DNA of 64,000 nt from Epiperipatus broadwayi (Eukaryota; Animalia; Onychophora): assembly GCA_028023455.1 (NCBI GenBank), contig JAQFVV010000009.1, positions 10,106,001 through 10,170,000 on the forward strand, written 5' to 3'. Below, in pieces: positions 27,935 to 39,310 of the stretch (position 1 is its first letter; the number at the start of each line of letters is the position of its first letter). Below the pieces are notes generated by a model that saw only the letters and a list, made by a program, of their open reading frames with translations, was not told the DNA's origin and ran no database searches. The position numbers and the translations under genes were made by a program.

Positions 27935-28674
27935 ATATATATACTATCTTATATAATTTTCCATTCATTTTTAATTCGTCAATTATTTAAGTTATGCTTA
28001 ATGTAATATTTTTAATATTTGTTTTCTTTTTGGATCTTTAATGTAATTTAAAGGTTTAATATTTTTTATAGCATCTATTTTATGTCCATACGTTAAGTAA
28101 TGAGTGTATAAAGCAGTTTTTATCATCTTGTTATTAATTGCATTGTCATGTTCTTTGGTTTTTATCTCTGCCTCCCTGTATGACTATAGTAAATCATATT
28201 GCAAAGGTTTTATATAAGATTCTTTTTTTGTATTTTATATAATCTTTTACCATCCAATATTGATAAGAATATAAATATTGGATGGTCAAGTAATAAAAAA
28301 CTGGACAAATAGGTAATTATGACTTAGATTATATAAAATACAAAAAAGGAATCATATATAAAATTAACTGTCATCTTTGCAATATAATTTACTATGCTTA
28401 TATAGAAAAATAGTTAGAGGTAACAGCCAAAAAACATAACAATGCAATTAATAGCGAGATGATAAAACTGCTTTATACATTCATTACTTAATATAGAGAC
28501 ATAAAATAGATGCTACAAACCTTTAAATTACATTAAAAGTTCAAAAAGAAAATATGTGAAACATATTACATTAAGCATAACTTAAACAATTGTATGAATA
28601 TTTACAAAATTTCAATAAATTTAGTTAACAATTGATCAATTAAAAATGAATGGAAAATTATACAAGATATATAT
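27935..28674. repeat. ~740-bp imperfect palindrome (foldback)
   Basis: Centre ACCATCCAATATT-gataagaatata-AATATTGGATGGT. Arms pair outward (e.g. ATAAAGCAGTTTTTATCATCT / AGATGATAAAACTGCTTTAT), with insertions in the right arm. Confidence 0.85.
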
Positions 28675-29409
28675 TAGATCTCCATATGAAGGTTTTAATT
28701 TATTTTGCTGATATTTTATTTTATCGTTATTATTTTACTTCCATTATAAAACAATAGATAGTGTTCTATCTGCAATAATTGGTTAACATTAAAATAGATG
28801 ATTAACATTTGAAAAGAGCATAAAACCATGTGCTGAAAAATACTTTTTATGTAGCAGTTGTGTATGATTTTTATTACTTATTATAACTAATTTCAAATAT
28901 AAAAATATTTTCAAATACATCTATATGTAGGTGTCTCTACTCAATACATAATGTCTAATCAACTCAAATTGTAGTAAATACTTTGAATCACAACAGTTGT
29001 TTTTCTTTACAATCCTATCTAGATAATATGCTCAGTAAATAATGCTACTGCTAATGACAATGATCAAGTGAATTTTTAATCATACAGTGCATTATCAGGA
29101 TACTTGAAGTCAACCATTAACATAAGCGCGTAACTTAACTTTGTCATGCAATATTATCTGAGCAATTTAGGTTTGTAGTAAGAAAGATAGGCTGTAAAAA
29201 AGGTTTCCTGCATTGATCCCAGTTGAGAAAAAAAAATTATTTCAATCAACTGAATGAAATTGGGTCCTTTTTCAGTCAATTTGATGTTTAAAATGTTATT
29301 TGATGTTAAGGCAAAGTGATAGTATAATAACAACAATAATAAAAACAATATAGTTATGTTACAATCATCAACTTTAACTATTATTTTATACACAGTAGAA
29401 AAATCTAAT

Positions 29410-30290
29410 CCATAGTTTCTCTTCATTTCATTACGTTTAGCAAACTTTTATATCCAGGGTATCTCTCTAGATTCTCTTGGAATCCTATTTAAAACTAAAG
29501 ATATCCATTTACCATCACCACTTTTAAGCAATATGTCCAGCTATTTCCACTTCAACTTCTTAATTATTTTAATAATGACTGTGATATCTGTTTCCAAGGT
29601 TTTTTATTCTAAATAATCAAATCATAGATCTATATATAATGAGCATTGATATATCATATTTTTTAAAATATTTTTTTGTCATATAAGCTAATCTTTTTTT
29701 AATATTAATTTAATTCTACAAAAAGCAATTGGTTCACTGATTAAATTTTTTCCCTATATTTGATCTAAATCCAACTTCTAATTTCATTATTATCTGTCTT
29801 TATATTTTAATACTTTTTATAATGAAGATCTGTTTTCTTGTTTCAACAGATATCTCTTTGGAACACTTATTGAAACACTAAAGCATTATTTTCAAAAGAA
29901 AAACATTCACATCATCTATAAAATTCAGGGGATTTAATTAAGTAATCTCACTTATTTTTACACTTTCTCAATGTTCAAAATATTTCCTGTAAAAATGTTT
30001 AGTAGAGATAAAATTACCCTGAAGAACTTTAAATAAAATTAATCTGAGCATCTCCATGTAATCTAATCAATATCCTGAGTCTGTATCTTGATGTCTCAAA
30101 GCTTAATTATTAAATAAGCAATAGTAAATGCTCTTTTGTTTGGTACGAATTCAAATTTCTTTGTACATCATTGTCCTTTACTGTAATAATGAATGGTAGA
30201 CTCTAAAGATCAAAATCTATGAATTACAGCTCCAGCTATGTTACTTCTTGTGCTCCAACTTTTTGTAGACTTGCAAGCAAGAAATAAACT
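29410..30290 (-). mobile_element. Decayed RTE LINE RT/3' fragment (copy E)
   Basis: Minus-strand IKKLKWK*AGHIA...GDGKW, LNFIDDV and FIDF motifs. Confidence 0.7.
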
Positions 30291-31457
30291 AATCTATTAT
30301 TTTATTTTTAATAATTTTAATAAATATATATATAAATGATGGAATATTGCTAAGTCTGCAATTTTTCATGTTTTCTTTTACACTGTTATTAAATATCAAT
30401 TTCTTACTGCAATCCTCAGATCCCCTGGAACATTTTATTATTTAACATTTGGTGTCTAGCATTGAAAATCAATTTTTTGTAACACCTATAATAATTTCAT
30501 AATTTCCTAGAATATGTGATTATTAAAAAAAAATTAATATATATGTGTGAATGTTTTTGTTGGAACACTATCATTACTTTTCATAAAATTCTTATTACAA
30601 AATTTTGATAATTGCAATCAGTGATGAAAACAGATGATAAAAAAAAGAGATCAATTTCTATTAGATATATATCTAAAATTACATAAGATATTTTGATCAG
30701 AGCTCAAATTTGTATACAAGATCCAACAGATTCAAAGCAAGTGTGATTTTAAAACTTTTCATAATAGACTCTATGTAATAATCACAATTTATGCTTTTAA
30801 TTTCTATTAACAATTTTATCTTTTTTCTGTAAATATAATAAAAAGTAATTATTAAAATTAGTATTATAAATATGCAATATAAAAAAAACATAAAAAGATA
30901 AAATCAGACATGAAATAGCTATGTTGGGCAAAGGTTTTTCTTCCATAGAAAAACTGTAAAAAAATAGGCCGTATTAAGTGCCAGTTGATGGAAAAACAAT
31001 ATGTACACAACATTGCTGTAAGGAATACTTACATACAAAGCCAGATCAACATCCAGATAATAGTGGTACTTGACCAGGTATCTGTCATTTTTTATGATAA
31101 TGGGATTTTGTAAAAAAAGTAAATGAAAAATTAATATTGAATAATAAATGCTATAATTTAAGTTTCCATTCTGCAAAACATAAATATGATAAAATTATAT
31201 TTGAAAGACTTATCAAATAATTGCTGAAGTTTAAATTCTAGGATTGATATTCATTATATATATATAATATCAGCGATATATATATATAAAGTTATACCAC
31301 TAAACATCATATGATCACCATCTCATACTAGCACAATTGTTGTAAACAAAGGCAAAAACTCTCCATACAGTAGTGCCACCCTGTGCCAAACAGAGTAATC
31401 AATGGATGCCAGAAGGCTTGTGCATAAAATCCCTATCTAGTGCCTACTCATCCAATA

Positions 31458-31499
31458 TCCCCAGACTAGTTTCTGGCTTGTGGCTATCATCAGTGAGGA
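31458..31499 (-). ncRNA. Minimal type I hammerhead ribozyme, one stem II mismatch
   Basis: Mirror of 31796-31837. Stem II 5' strand reads UAGC instead of UGGC. Confidence 0.75.
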
Positions 31500-31795
31500 G
31501 CCTTGGATCTGAGAGCACTGCACCTAGATCTTAGGATCTAATTGGTTTAACACCAATCCTGCCTAACAGGATAATGGGGGCTATGGTTGTTTAAGAGCCA
31601 AAGACATCAAAATGTGTGGGTGCTGAATTGAGTTCAGACCCATATGACTATATAAGCTATTGAGCTTAGATTGAAATTATTATTGTGTTTTCAATTTCAT
31701 TCTCATAGTTTTGTAGTAAAGTAGAGTTAAAAGGTGGCTGCTGGAGGGTTGCATTAGATCCTAAGATCTAGGTGCAGTACTCTCAGATCCAAGGC

Positions 31796-31837
31796 TCCTC
31801 ACTGATGATGGCCACAAGCCAGAAACTAGTCTGGGGA
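31796..31837 (+). ncRNA. Intact-looking minimal type I hammerhead ribozyme
   Basis: UCCUCA-CUGAUGA-UGGC-cacaa-GCCA-GAAA-C-ua-GUC-UGGGGA. Complete core, 6-bp stem I, 4-bp stem II, palindromic ACUAGU stem III and a GUC cleavage triplet (predicted cut after 31831). Confidence 0.9.
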
Positions 31838-31996
31838 TATTGGATGAGTAGGCACTAGATAGGGATTTTATGCACAAGCCTTCTGGCATCCATTGATTAC
31901 TCTGGTTGGCATAGGGTGGCACTACTGTATGGAGAGTTTTGCCTTTATATATAAAGTTATGTTGTATATGGCTATAAAAACGATTAATTATTGAAA

Positions 31997-33711
31997 GGAG
32001 ACAGTTTGGTTACTTCTTGAGGTCTTAAAGGAACCAAGCAGGTTAAATTCCTAATGCCTACACAATATGCTCGTCAATGCAGCTGTTGTGAATGAAATGC
32101 TCATCAACTAGCATCAATCAGTATGGTGAGTTTATTGGTTTTTTTACCTCTGAATTTAAAACCTAAAAAGACCATGGTCTTTCTTCTCAGTTGCTACATA
32201 GTTAACTGAAATATCAGTTCGTTTTCTTGAAGACAGGAAGAAAGCAAATATAAATGAAGTTTTATTCTTACAATCATGACAGACAAAACTAAATTATGAC
32301 TTTTTATTCCCAGATGATTGTTAAATTGACAGCCAAGGTTAGCAACCGAAAATGGAGAGTGCTAAAAAATTCCGATTGTAAATTAAGACTGCCATTTAAT
32401 GATGATCTTTTATTTAAGCACTTAAAACTGCTAATCACTTTGAAGTGAAGGATTATTCCATTAAAACTATCTAATTTTAATTGAGATATTGTTAGACTTT
32501 GTGAAGTTAGAAAAAAAGTGAAGAGACAATTGATTTAAAGAATGGACACATATTTCACTACAAAGGCACAAATATTGAAAATACAAATGATGTGGGATAC
32601 ATTATAAATAAAAAATGGAAGAATAACATTATAAAGACTGATGATATATCAGATAGAGTGGCAAGATTAATTGTTCAAATTAATAGATTGCCAAAGGCAA
32701 TTCAGATTTATTGGCCAACAAGTTCTCATTGTGATGAAATAAAGTTTTTATATGAATGAACAAAATAATTTTTATCCTAAACATTTTAAATTGTCACGTG
32801 AGACTTTAATGCTAAAATTAGTAAATGATTGAAAGCTGAGTGTGCGGTTAAATTTGGTTATGGTGATAGAAATGAGAGAATACAGACTTGTGGAATTCAC
32901 AGAAAAAGAAAAACTATGTGATTTCTTTCTTTTTTTTTTTTGAGAAAAATATGAAACAAAAATAGACATGAAGGTATAGCAGAATTGAATTATATTATGA
33001 CTAATACTAAATATAAATTTCAAAATTGTAATGTTCTTAATAGATTCAATACATGATATGATTATCAATTAGGGAGATTAAGATATATATTAAGCAAAAC
33101 TAGAGATAAATATTGTTAAAAAAAAACAGTATTAACAGTTAATATTTCTAATCTTCAGAAACATTCCAATAAATTTAAATTACAATTTGTAAATGACTTT
33201 AAATTATTATGAAAATGTTTCAGATTTGAATGAAATCAATAAGATAACTGATAAACAAAAACTTCAACAAAGATAAATTGAACAAAAAGTAGCGATTTAC
33301 CAGTACATTTTCTAGTCGGACAAGATAATGTATGAAAAAAAAAAAATATGAAAATATATAAAAATGATTTATTAAAAGAATATCTAGAATTTTGTAAAAT
33401 GGTACAAAAAAAAATAACAACAACAATATAAATATAATTGTGAATTGGCAGGGAAAGCTATAGAAGAAAATAAAAATCTCAAAAGTATAAAACAACATCT
33501 TGGTGTTGGAAATAACAAGGAACAAGAATACAAAGTATTACAATTATTAAATGTGAAAAAATGAAGAAGTGAGATATGCAATTAGATCTAATAAAAGGAA
33601 AAACTATAAAAAATGATGGACTTATAATCGAATTCTCAAAAGCAGGTGAAGAAAAAAAATTTTTTTTGGCAGTTATATAACAAATGTTTAAATGATAAAG
33701 ATGTATTAGAT
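31997..33711 (+). mobile_element. RTE LINE copy C, 5' part (5'UTR, APE, start of RT)
   Basis: Collinear with copy B from GGAGAC onward. Stops at ...GATGTATTAGAT, where the hAT element is inserted. Confidence 0.85.
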
Positions 33712-36579
33712 CAGTGGTCTGCAGAAAAATTTTAGTAGTCCACAAAAAGTTTATAAATTTGTTCATATTCATTACCTATTTTTTACATATATTTTTAAAT
33801 TATAACTAATTTTATTAAATTCATCTTTAATTCAGTTCTTAGATTTTGTTTGTTTGTTGTTTTATTTGTAGAATTAATAGAAAATAAACTATATAAGTTA
33901 AGTGTGCTGGAATGCAGTAATAGAGAAGATTAATAAAGTAATACTATGATGGCTTAGCATTTTCAAGGGTTTATTGTGTCCTTATATTCATAGCAGAATC
34001 AGAATAAGAAAAAGGTGGAATGTTTATATAGGCCGATGGCATTTAAATTTATGTAAATAGAGTTCACAGTGTCTATTTTTTGGAGAGGGGGGAAGCAAGA
34101 TTCTTTGCAGTTTGTAGCATAGGTATTGTTATATACCATGCTTCCCTAATTTTTCATTATGCACCATTCTATCGCAGCAGACGTAGGTTTAAATATATGT
34201 CCTGTTATTTTCTAATGTTCCAGGTAAATAGTTATATTGAGGTTTGTCAGATGTTATTTTATACAAATATTGGTGTTGTAAGAAGCATGTGGATAGGGAT
34301 GCCTGGGATTCTCCCTAGTATAAACTAATAAACAAAACATTACAAGAAATATAAAAAAGTTTTGATTTCCTAGTATCAGTCATCTCACAATAATAACACT
34401 TCTCCATTAACAATTTTGCGCATGCACACTTCATGCACTGAGGCGGACTTTGATATGTACAAAAATAAACTAATAACTGTCAATCATATATATATGTAGT
34501 TCGCTATAGCTAGCTGATCGGAAATGCACTGGCATGCAGTGATAGGTGTATATTATAAATTAAAGTATATTAAATACTTGATATTTATTTTTTTGATAAA
34601 TTTTAGTTTAAAAATAATAAAAAATCATCAAAAACTATTGCAGACTTTTTTCAAAAACCAAGTATAAGTAGTGCTTTGAATGCTAATAAAAATATTATTT
34701 ATTCATAAATGAAAATGTACTGCTGTTCGCCAATTCAATACTGATTATTTAAAATTTGTTTTCATTTCTTGGTCTGAGACAAAAGAAAATTTACCCAGAC
34801 CTCAATGTGTTATTTACTGAGAAATTTTATCCAACAAATGAACGAAGTCAGCAAAATTAATGTGTCATTTACAGACCAAATATTCAAATCTATAAAATAA
34901 GTCAATGGATTTTTTTGAATGTAAAAGTGCTGAATTGAAAAAATAAAAATTATCTTTTAAAAACTTCTTTTAGTAGATAAGGCTCTTGTAAAAACATATT
35001 TAGTCGCTTTAAAGATTGCTTAATGCGAAAAGCAGTACTCTATTGACAAAAACTTAATTAAACCATGTTTAATATGGTTGTTGGAGTTAATAAAAACTTT
35101 GCCGCTTTCTAACAATACTATTCAATCCACATTTAGTGAGTTAGTGACTGATGTTAATGTTCAATTAATTCAAAAAGTAAGCAAATCATTGTTCACAATT
35201 AATCACACAATTAGTTTGGATACATTTAAAGCAATTGATAATTATATCGAAAAGAACTTACTTAATTTGAAAAATTATAATGCCTTATATACTAGCTGAG
35301 TGATAAGTGTGACTGGAAAACATTCAGCAGTTGTAAAAAAAATTAAAGAAGTAGCAGATGAAAAAATGATTTTTACTCATTGTGTTATACACAGCAAGCA
35401 TTTAGCTGCTAAAAACTTGTTTTCTGACTTGAACAATATTCTTACTTAATGGATAAAAATAAGAAATTACATTAAATGCAATGCACTAAATTCAAGACTA
35501 TTTTTCAGTTTCTGTAATGAAATGGAATCTGGACATGAAAATTTACTATTTCACACGGAAGTACTATGGTTGTTAAGAGGGAAAATATAAACAAGACTTT
35601 ATCAATTAAAAAAAAAAATTTCTAGATAAAAAAAAATTCAGAATTGAGAAATATTTTCCATGACAACAATTGGATTGCTAAACTGGCTTACTTATCAGAT
35701 ATATTTGTTAATAAAATGAACTAAATTTAAGGAAATAGTACTAATTTTGATTTATGAAATAAAATTGAGGCATTCAAGAAAAAGTTAGAACTATGGTATA
35801 AATATCTTGAAATAAAAAACTATGATGTTTCATTCATTTTCAGAATTAATAAATGAAGTTGATATATGCTTATGAACATATAACAGGACTTTGTTGTGCA
35901 TTTGTTCAATGTTATTCACAAGGAAAAAACCATATAGTAGTAATATGTGGATTTTAAATTCATTTATTGAACAAGAAAATAACTGAACTGATTTAGAACA
36001 TGAAAAATTGATAGACTTAAGTTGCGATGGTATATTAAAGTTATTATTTAAATTGACAAGAATAATTCAGTTTTGGATTAAAATTTAAACTGAATGTCCA
36101 TAATTACACAAAAAAAAGCCATTTTTGACCATGTACTAGGCAATGACATTCATAAAATCAAAAGAAAATCATTTAAAAATAAATCCAGCTTTGCACTTAG
36201 TAATCACAAATATATTTCCGAGACATGATAAACTAATTACTGAAAAAGAATCAACAACAATCAAATTAGTTTTTGGTTTTAAAATTATAATTAAGTTTCA
36301 CTCAGTTATTTAAATATTATTCTTGGTTTTTCTTCAGATTTTGTTTATTATTAGTTTAATATTTTGTTAGTTAATTTACTTTTGTATAGTTTTATCAATT
36401 ATTCTGTTTTTTTATCTTTCTTTGAATATATTTATATATTATATTTGTATAATACTACAATAATTATATTGTACTATAAAAATACCCACCCTTTCTTCCA
36501 TTTTTTTGTCCAATACTTCATTTGGTCTGTAATAAAAAAAATTATTGGTCCGCAGCATGTAGTCAATTGAGAAACACTG
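33712..36579 (+). mobile_element. hAT (Buster/Charlie-like) transposon with decayed transposase
   Basis: Right end reads CAGTGTTTCTCAA on the minus strand; left end is CAGTGGTC. 8-bp TSD TATTAGAT/TATTATAT with central TA. Transposase remnants PRPQCVI, LIKPCL, LPLSNNTI, FTHCVIHSKHLAAK and LLFHTEVLWL lie at ~34700-36270. Confidence 0.9.
33950..34330 (-). mobile_element. Possible PLE GIY-YIG 3' remnant nested in the hAT element
   Basis: Minus-strand fragments TGHIFK and KIREAWYI in different frames resemble the GIY-YIG C-terminus seen at 849-1325. Confidence 0.35.
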
Positions 36580-37826
36580 TATTATATAATTGAAAGAATG
36601 TAATAATCATATTAATATTTAAAAAAGATGATAAAAAAATATTAGAAATTTCAGACCCTAGCAGTCTTTTATCTGTTCAATACAAAATCTTGATTAAGAT
36701 AATTACTACACATCTATAATGAACTTCTAACCAACCAAATGAACAAGTTGGCTTTAAAAATGATTTTAATATAGTGGATCACATACTATTGAGAGTTATA
36801 GACAGAAACCAATAAATACAAGCTGCCATCATTCTTTGGATTTCTAGAATATGAAAAGGTATTTAATTCTACGAGATTTTCTTCAATGATTAAAGCAGTG
36901 AATCATGAGATATAGACCAGGATATTTTCATATTCTGAAGAATATTCAAATATACCAACAAGGATTATTACATTATATGATAATACTAAAAATATTAACA
37001 TTAAAGATGTATGACAGAGATACTCCACGTTTCTGAAGCTTTTTATAGCAGTTTTACAATAAGTATTTTGTGGATTAAAATGAAAGTTAAGGGAATAAAA
37101 TAGATTTTGTAGATGATTGTTTTTGAAAATAGTTTTTCAGAGCTTCAGGAAATGTTGCAAGAGTTATCATATGAAAGTAAAAAAGCATAACTAAAGATGA
37201 ATGTTAAAAAGACTAAAATGTTTACTGAATTTTCTAAGAAAAAAAAAATGATAATCATAAAAAAATTAATAACTAGAAATACTTTGGTCAAATTATTAAT
37301 AGAAAAGGGAGCATAATAGAAAAAATTAATCATAGAATTAAATTTGGATGGCATGTCTTTGAAAGAAATATTAAAAGGAAATATGCCTATAAGTTTGAAA
37401 AGGAAGATTTTTAATAATGAATTTTACCAATTCTTATTTAGATATCTGAGACTTGGACACTTAATAGAAGAGCAATTCAGAGATTGCAGACCAATCAACA
37501 AGCAAAAAAGAAATACAAGTTATTAATAACAAGTAGAGATTGAAAATAAAATATATGAATGAGAGAATAAACATGCATCACACAGACATCATTGAAAAAA
37601 TTAAAAAACTGAAATGGAGTTGAGCTGATTACATTTCAGAATAGATACTAGATGGATAGTAGAAGTCTTAAGCTGGATTTCAAAAGATTGCAAAAGACCT
37701 AGAAAGACGAATGAAATAAGATAGTTAGCTGGTGATTGTAGAGAACAGAGACTAGAGACCAGACTAAAATGGACTAAACTTGGAGAGACTTTCATTCTAT
37801 AGTGGAATGATAATGGATGAAAATGA
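36580..37826 (+). mobile_element. RTE LINE copy C, 3' part (RT to tail)
   Basis: Resumes the RTE alignment right after the TSD (TTGAAAGAATG...TTCAGACCCTAGCAG) and ends with TTCATTCTATAGTGGAATGATAATG. Confidence 0.85.
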
Positions 37827-38009
37827 CAATGTTATAAGATTTACATAGATATTATATAGAGAATATAATTTGTGTTTTTTGTTAATAAATATAATTTATT
37901 CTTTAACTTCAAATGAGGATGATTCCTCAAAAACTATAAAATTATTAATAAAAATCAAGCAAACAATTAAAAAAAAAAGTGTTCTGATTATTACATATTT
38001 CTAAAATCT

Positions 38010-39310
38010 TATTCCAGCAAGTCAGAAATTTAGTACCTATAAAAATGTGTATCACTGTGTTGTTTGTTGTACTCTATTGCTCTCAGATAGACAACATAAT
38101 CTTCTTTTGATTGCGTTAATATTAAAGATCTCAAAATTGATGCAGATCACAAAGTTGCATCTTTGGACATAGGAAAACTATATGGCTCCGTTTCCTGCCA
38201 CATTCAATAGGTATTATTAAAGATTTGCTGCATAAAACAGAGTACAATCCAAGAAAAATCAAATTTACTATTGATGATTTGAACTGGATAGACAATGATA
38301 TCACAGATTTAATAAAGACAAGTATTACAATATGGAATATGGATGGCCAATGGGCTTAGCAATTAGCGGAATTATAAGTAGCATCACCTTAATAAAATTC
38401 GAAGAATTAGTGATCCCGAAATATCACTATACCTGGTTTGATCTACACAATGTATGTAGGTGACGTGCTTATTTGCACTCCTGAGAATCACACTATGAAT
38501 ATACTTCAAGAGCTTGCACAAATAACATTCTTAAAACGGACAATCGAATAGAAAAATGCAGGAAATGTTATAAAGTTCTTAGATTTAGATATAAAAATAC
38601 AATAACAATCTGAATTATAAAATGACTGTCAAACCATTACAATTACAGGAACAATTCACTCTCAGACATTAATCCCTATCTCTCACAAATTAGTGGGTTT
38701 CAGAGGCTTCTTACATTATGAAAATACGAAGCCGACTGCAAAGATATCAATGCATACATTACAGATTTATATAAAATAGGATACAAACATAACATTCTAA
38801 TTAAAACTATCAAGAAATTTTACTGTAATATAAGAAATTTATCTTCAATACAAGACAATGGATGTTTCCCTACATACTGGGTCTATCTCAAAGATTGAAT
38901 AAAATCTGTTCCAATATTTATAATAGCTTCCGGACTCCTCCATCACTAAATAAATTAATAAATAACCCAAAAGATAAACTGCCCTTATACATCTCGCACT
39001 ACAAATAGTATATAAGATCAGTTGCAGTAATTCATTATGCAGAGCAGTGTACTTCGGGGAGTCGCACACAAACATTGCAACTAGGGTAGCACAGCACAAG
39101 TATCTATATAACTATGCTAAAGCTAATTCAGAATACACGTCAGTCTTCAAGAAATATGAGATAGAATAAGGTCAAATCTTCGACCCAGCAAGAGTTAATA
39201 CATTTGGAGATGACAGAAAGAGCAAAATTAAGAAGGCATGGTTTATCACCTTTCACCTGATCGATAAAAAAGAATCACACATACAATTATCGAAGAAATG
39301 GAATATGAAA
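38010..39310 (+). mobile_element. Decayed Penelope-like element (RT plus GIY-YIG)
   Basis: HKVASLDIGKLY, a GMANG-like RT motif, MYVGDVLI, IKFLDLDI, then NSIYKISCSNSLCRAVYFGESHTNIATRVAQHK. Confidence 0.85.

Larger units (their letters stand above)
31296..31946 (-). mobile_element. Non-coding hammerhead-bearing insertion with PLE-type inverted structure (retrozyme-like)
   Basis: ~195-bp inverted arms (31348-31542, 31753-31946), a 210-bp spacer and a 52-bp extension on the left. 14-bp TSD ATATATAAAGTTAT (31282-31295, 31947-31960). No ORF; GC-richer than the flanks. Confidence 0.85.

Noticed and set aside
31040-31110. Minus-strand IIIKNDRYLVKYHYYLDV resembling the Dcp1 trimerisation helix (LIKND...LH..YL)
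   Set aside because: Upstream residues do not match and gaps are needed; likely chance.
37900-37935. GAGGA-tgat-TCCTC-AAAAAC hairpin upstream of the PLE at 38 kb
   Set aside because: No CUGANGA core; too degenerate to call.
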